Shown piece by piece: positions 19,952-21,751 of a stretch of DNA of 21,751 nucleotides (positions within the stretch are counted from its first letter, which is position 1; each line of letters starts with the position of its first letter). The notes below the pieces were generated by a model. That model was not told the DNA's origin. It worked only from the letters and a program-made list of their open reading frames with translations, and did not search any database. Source of the stretch: Octopus sinensis (Eukaryota); assembly GCF_006345805.1 (NCBI RefSeq), contig NW_021823562.1:1-21751 (forward strand), in the 5' to 3' direction. The translations under genes and the position numbers were made by a program.

Positions 19952-20245
19952 GGGGCTTATATTTTGTGATAAAGTATGAATCTTTAGTAAAGCGCTGATT
20001 ACAGGTAGTATTGTCCCTGAATTGATAGAAGGGAAAAACTCTGAAGCTGGCTAGTTTGGTATTGGCGCAAATGTCGATGTGTTCGCTGAACGTTATTTTT
20101 CTGTATTTCCGAATTTTGATTTGGGATCTTTTGACGTAGACTGTTTGACAGCTTCAGAAATTTCCCCTCTATCAATTCAGGGACGATGCAACCTGTAGTC
20201 AGTGCATTAGTAAAGGCTCATACTTTATCACAAAATATAAACCCC
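19952..20245. mobile_element. MITE-like fold-back element with ~98 bp terminal inverted repeats
   Basis: 19952-20049 aligns with the reverse complement of 20149-20245, including a perfect TTATATTTTGTGATAAAGTATGA and GTCCCTGAATTGATAGA. Termini are GGGG...CCCC; no clean TSD. Confidence 0.85.
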
Positions 20246-20359
20246 TTTTGAATGCGTCCACAAAAAATGACACTATTCAAAATGGCTGTCGACAAGCATC
20301 ACGCTTGAAACTCAAGAGTACCGACGAATTTGAATCAAACTGCTTTGGTCTATCCTTAC

Positions 20360-20458
20360 ATGTATGTATGCATGTATGCATGTATGTATGTATGTATGTA
20401 TGTATGTATGTATGTATGTATGTATGTATGTATGCATGCATGTATGTATATATGTATG

Positions 20459-20491
<33 letters not shown>

Positions 20492-20620
20492 GTATACATG
20501 CATGCATGTATGTATGTACATGCATACGTACGTACGTATGTAAGTATGTATGTATGTGTGTGTGTGTGTGTGTATGCATGTATTTATGTATGCATGCATG
20601 TATGTACATGTATGCATAGG
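20360..20620. repeat. (TATG)n/(TG)n array
   Basis: Directly visible. Confidence 0.95.
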
Positions 20621-20753
20621 TACAGGCGTGACCATGCGATAAGAAGTGTTTATTTTCCAGTCACTTGTTTACATGTCTCTCCCCGACACACGCTTTGTTT
20701 CTTCTTTTACCTGGTTTGCAAGATTCTTTATGTGAATTTCTGTGTTGAAACAA

Positions 20754-20910
20754 ATTTTGTCATGTCTAGAGAGTGTCATTATGCCAATATCAATTCCACT
20801 GCTTTATTCTTTGGATATTTAACCAACTGACTAATAGTAAAGGAATGGAATTGAACCAGTGCGTGTATTGATAATATTGGCATAATGACCCTCCCAAGAC
20901 ATAACAAAAT
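20754..20910. repeat. Degenerate inverted repeat (37 bp core arms)
   Basis: The reverse complement of 20754-20790 matches 20874-20910 at 33/37 positions. Confidence 0.85.
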
Positions 20911-21751
20911 CTTTCACACTTGTCTTATTCAGAACAAGAAAGAAATAGCAGAGAAAGTTCAGTTTCTTGTTGTATGTCATCACTGCGGCCGGTTTGCCTC
21001 TTGGTCAGCGCTGATCGAATGCACCTATTGAAAAAGGCATTTCAGCCATAAAACTCACGGCTATATAAGTTTTTGTTCCCTAATGTGTCCTTCCGATATT
21101 TATAATAATGGTACAGTGAAATCTGAGAATGTCTGGGTTGCTACTTCTCCGGTGTCAAGCGACCACGAAGATGCTCTTCTCTTTGTTTAAATATCTTTTG
21201 TATTCTTTGGTTATTTGTATCGAAGATTCCATTTCATATACAACACCGACTCTCTAAACACTGATGGTCCGGAACCTTCTATAATCCGCACTAAGTTATA
21301 CCAGTGCGCAGGTACCTGTAATTCAATTACTTATTCAAATAAATTTAGTCTTTGTTTAATTTAGAGAGTGTTAAACAAGGAGACCAACTCTGGTTCGGGA
21401 AAATCTGTAATCCAGAAATGCTTTGGAACGAAAAATTCCAGAAAATCGATTTCGAACCTATATCTGGAACGAAGCAAAGACATTCTCTTTTTTTTTTTTG
21501 AAACGCTTATGTGCTTTTCAGGAGTTTGGTTACTATTTCTAGCCGGTCGAAAAACACCTAAAATTTCTGTCCCTGGCTAATAACAATCTTTAGTATATTA
21601 AGTGATGACGATGGTGGTGATGGTGGTGATAATGGTTATGGTAGTGGCCTTACTAGTGTTGCTCATTTCGCCAGACTTCTTATCGATCTTACTACAGTAA
21701 AAATACATTTTCTCCACTTACTTAGTTGACTTTAATGGCAGCTGGAAAACG

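Noticed and set aside
20745-20805. Minus-strand SGIDIGIMTL as a TnpB/Fanzor RuvC GIDLG motif
   Set aside because: It is immediately preceded by in-frame stops, has no other RuvC motifs, and lies within the inverted repeat.
263-20830. Most ORF-track entries (poly-I/Y/V/C, poly-E/R/K, poly-L/S/F, poly-H/M)
   Set aside because: They are translations of TA, TG, AG, TATG, GAA, ATT and CAT microsatellites, many starting at non-ATG codons.

Overview
This is eukaryotic, AT-rich DNA in which a large share of the window is microsatellite. The repeat families strongly resemble those of octopus (inference from SINE sequences and repeat style). No recognisable host gene, rRNA, tRNA or CRISPR array was found, and most entries in the ORF track are translated simple repeats. 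Recognisable parts are three non-LTR retrotransposon fragments: an RTE-type piece (~1270-2134), a stop-free R4/Dong-type restriction-like-endonuclease C-terminus inserted in (TAA)n (3288-4144), and a decayed CR1-type RT (~10812-12125). There are also about ten tRNA-derived SINE copies from two families, several with clear target-site duplications, a long-TIR MITE and other fold-back elements. The most unusual signals are four copies of a ~150 bp (TA)n-associated element carrying a Penelope-style minimal hammerhead-ribozyme fold whose core reads CUGUUGA instead of CUGAUGA, a possible ~980 bp Thr-rich minus-strand exon (5017-5999) about 1 kb from a CLEAR/E-box plus CRE pair, and a compact nested-hairpin element at 10679-10790. 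All coordinates and alignments were read by eye; no searches were run.
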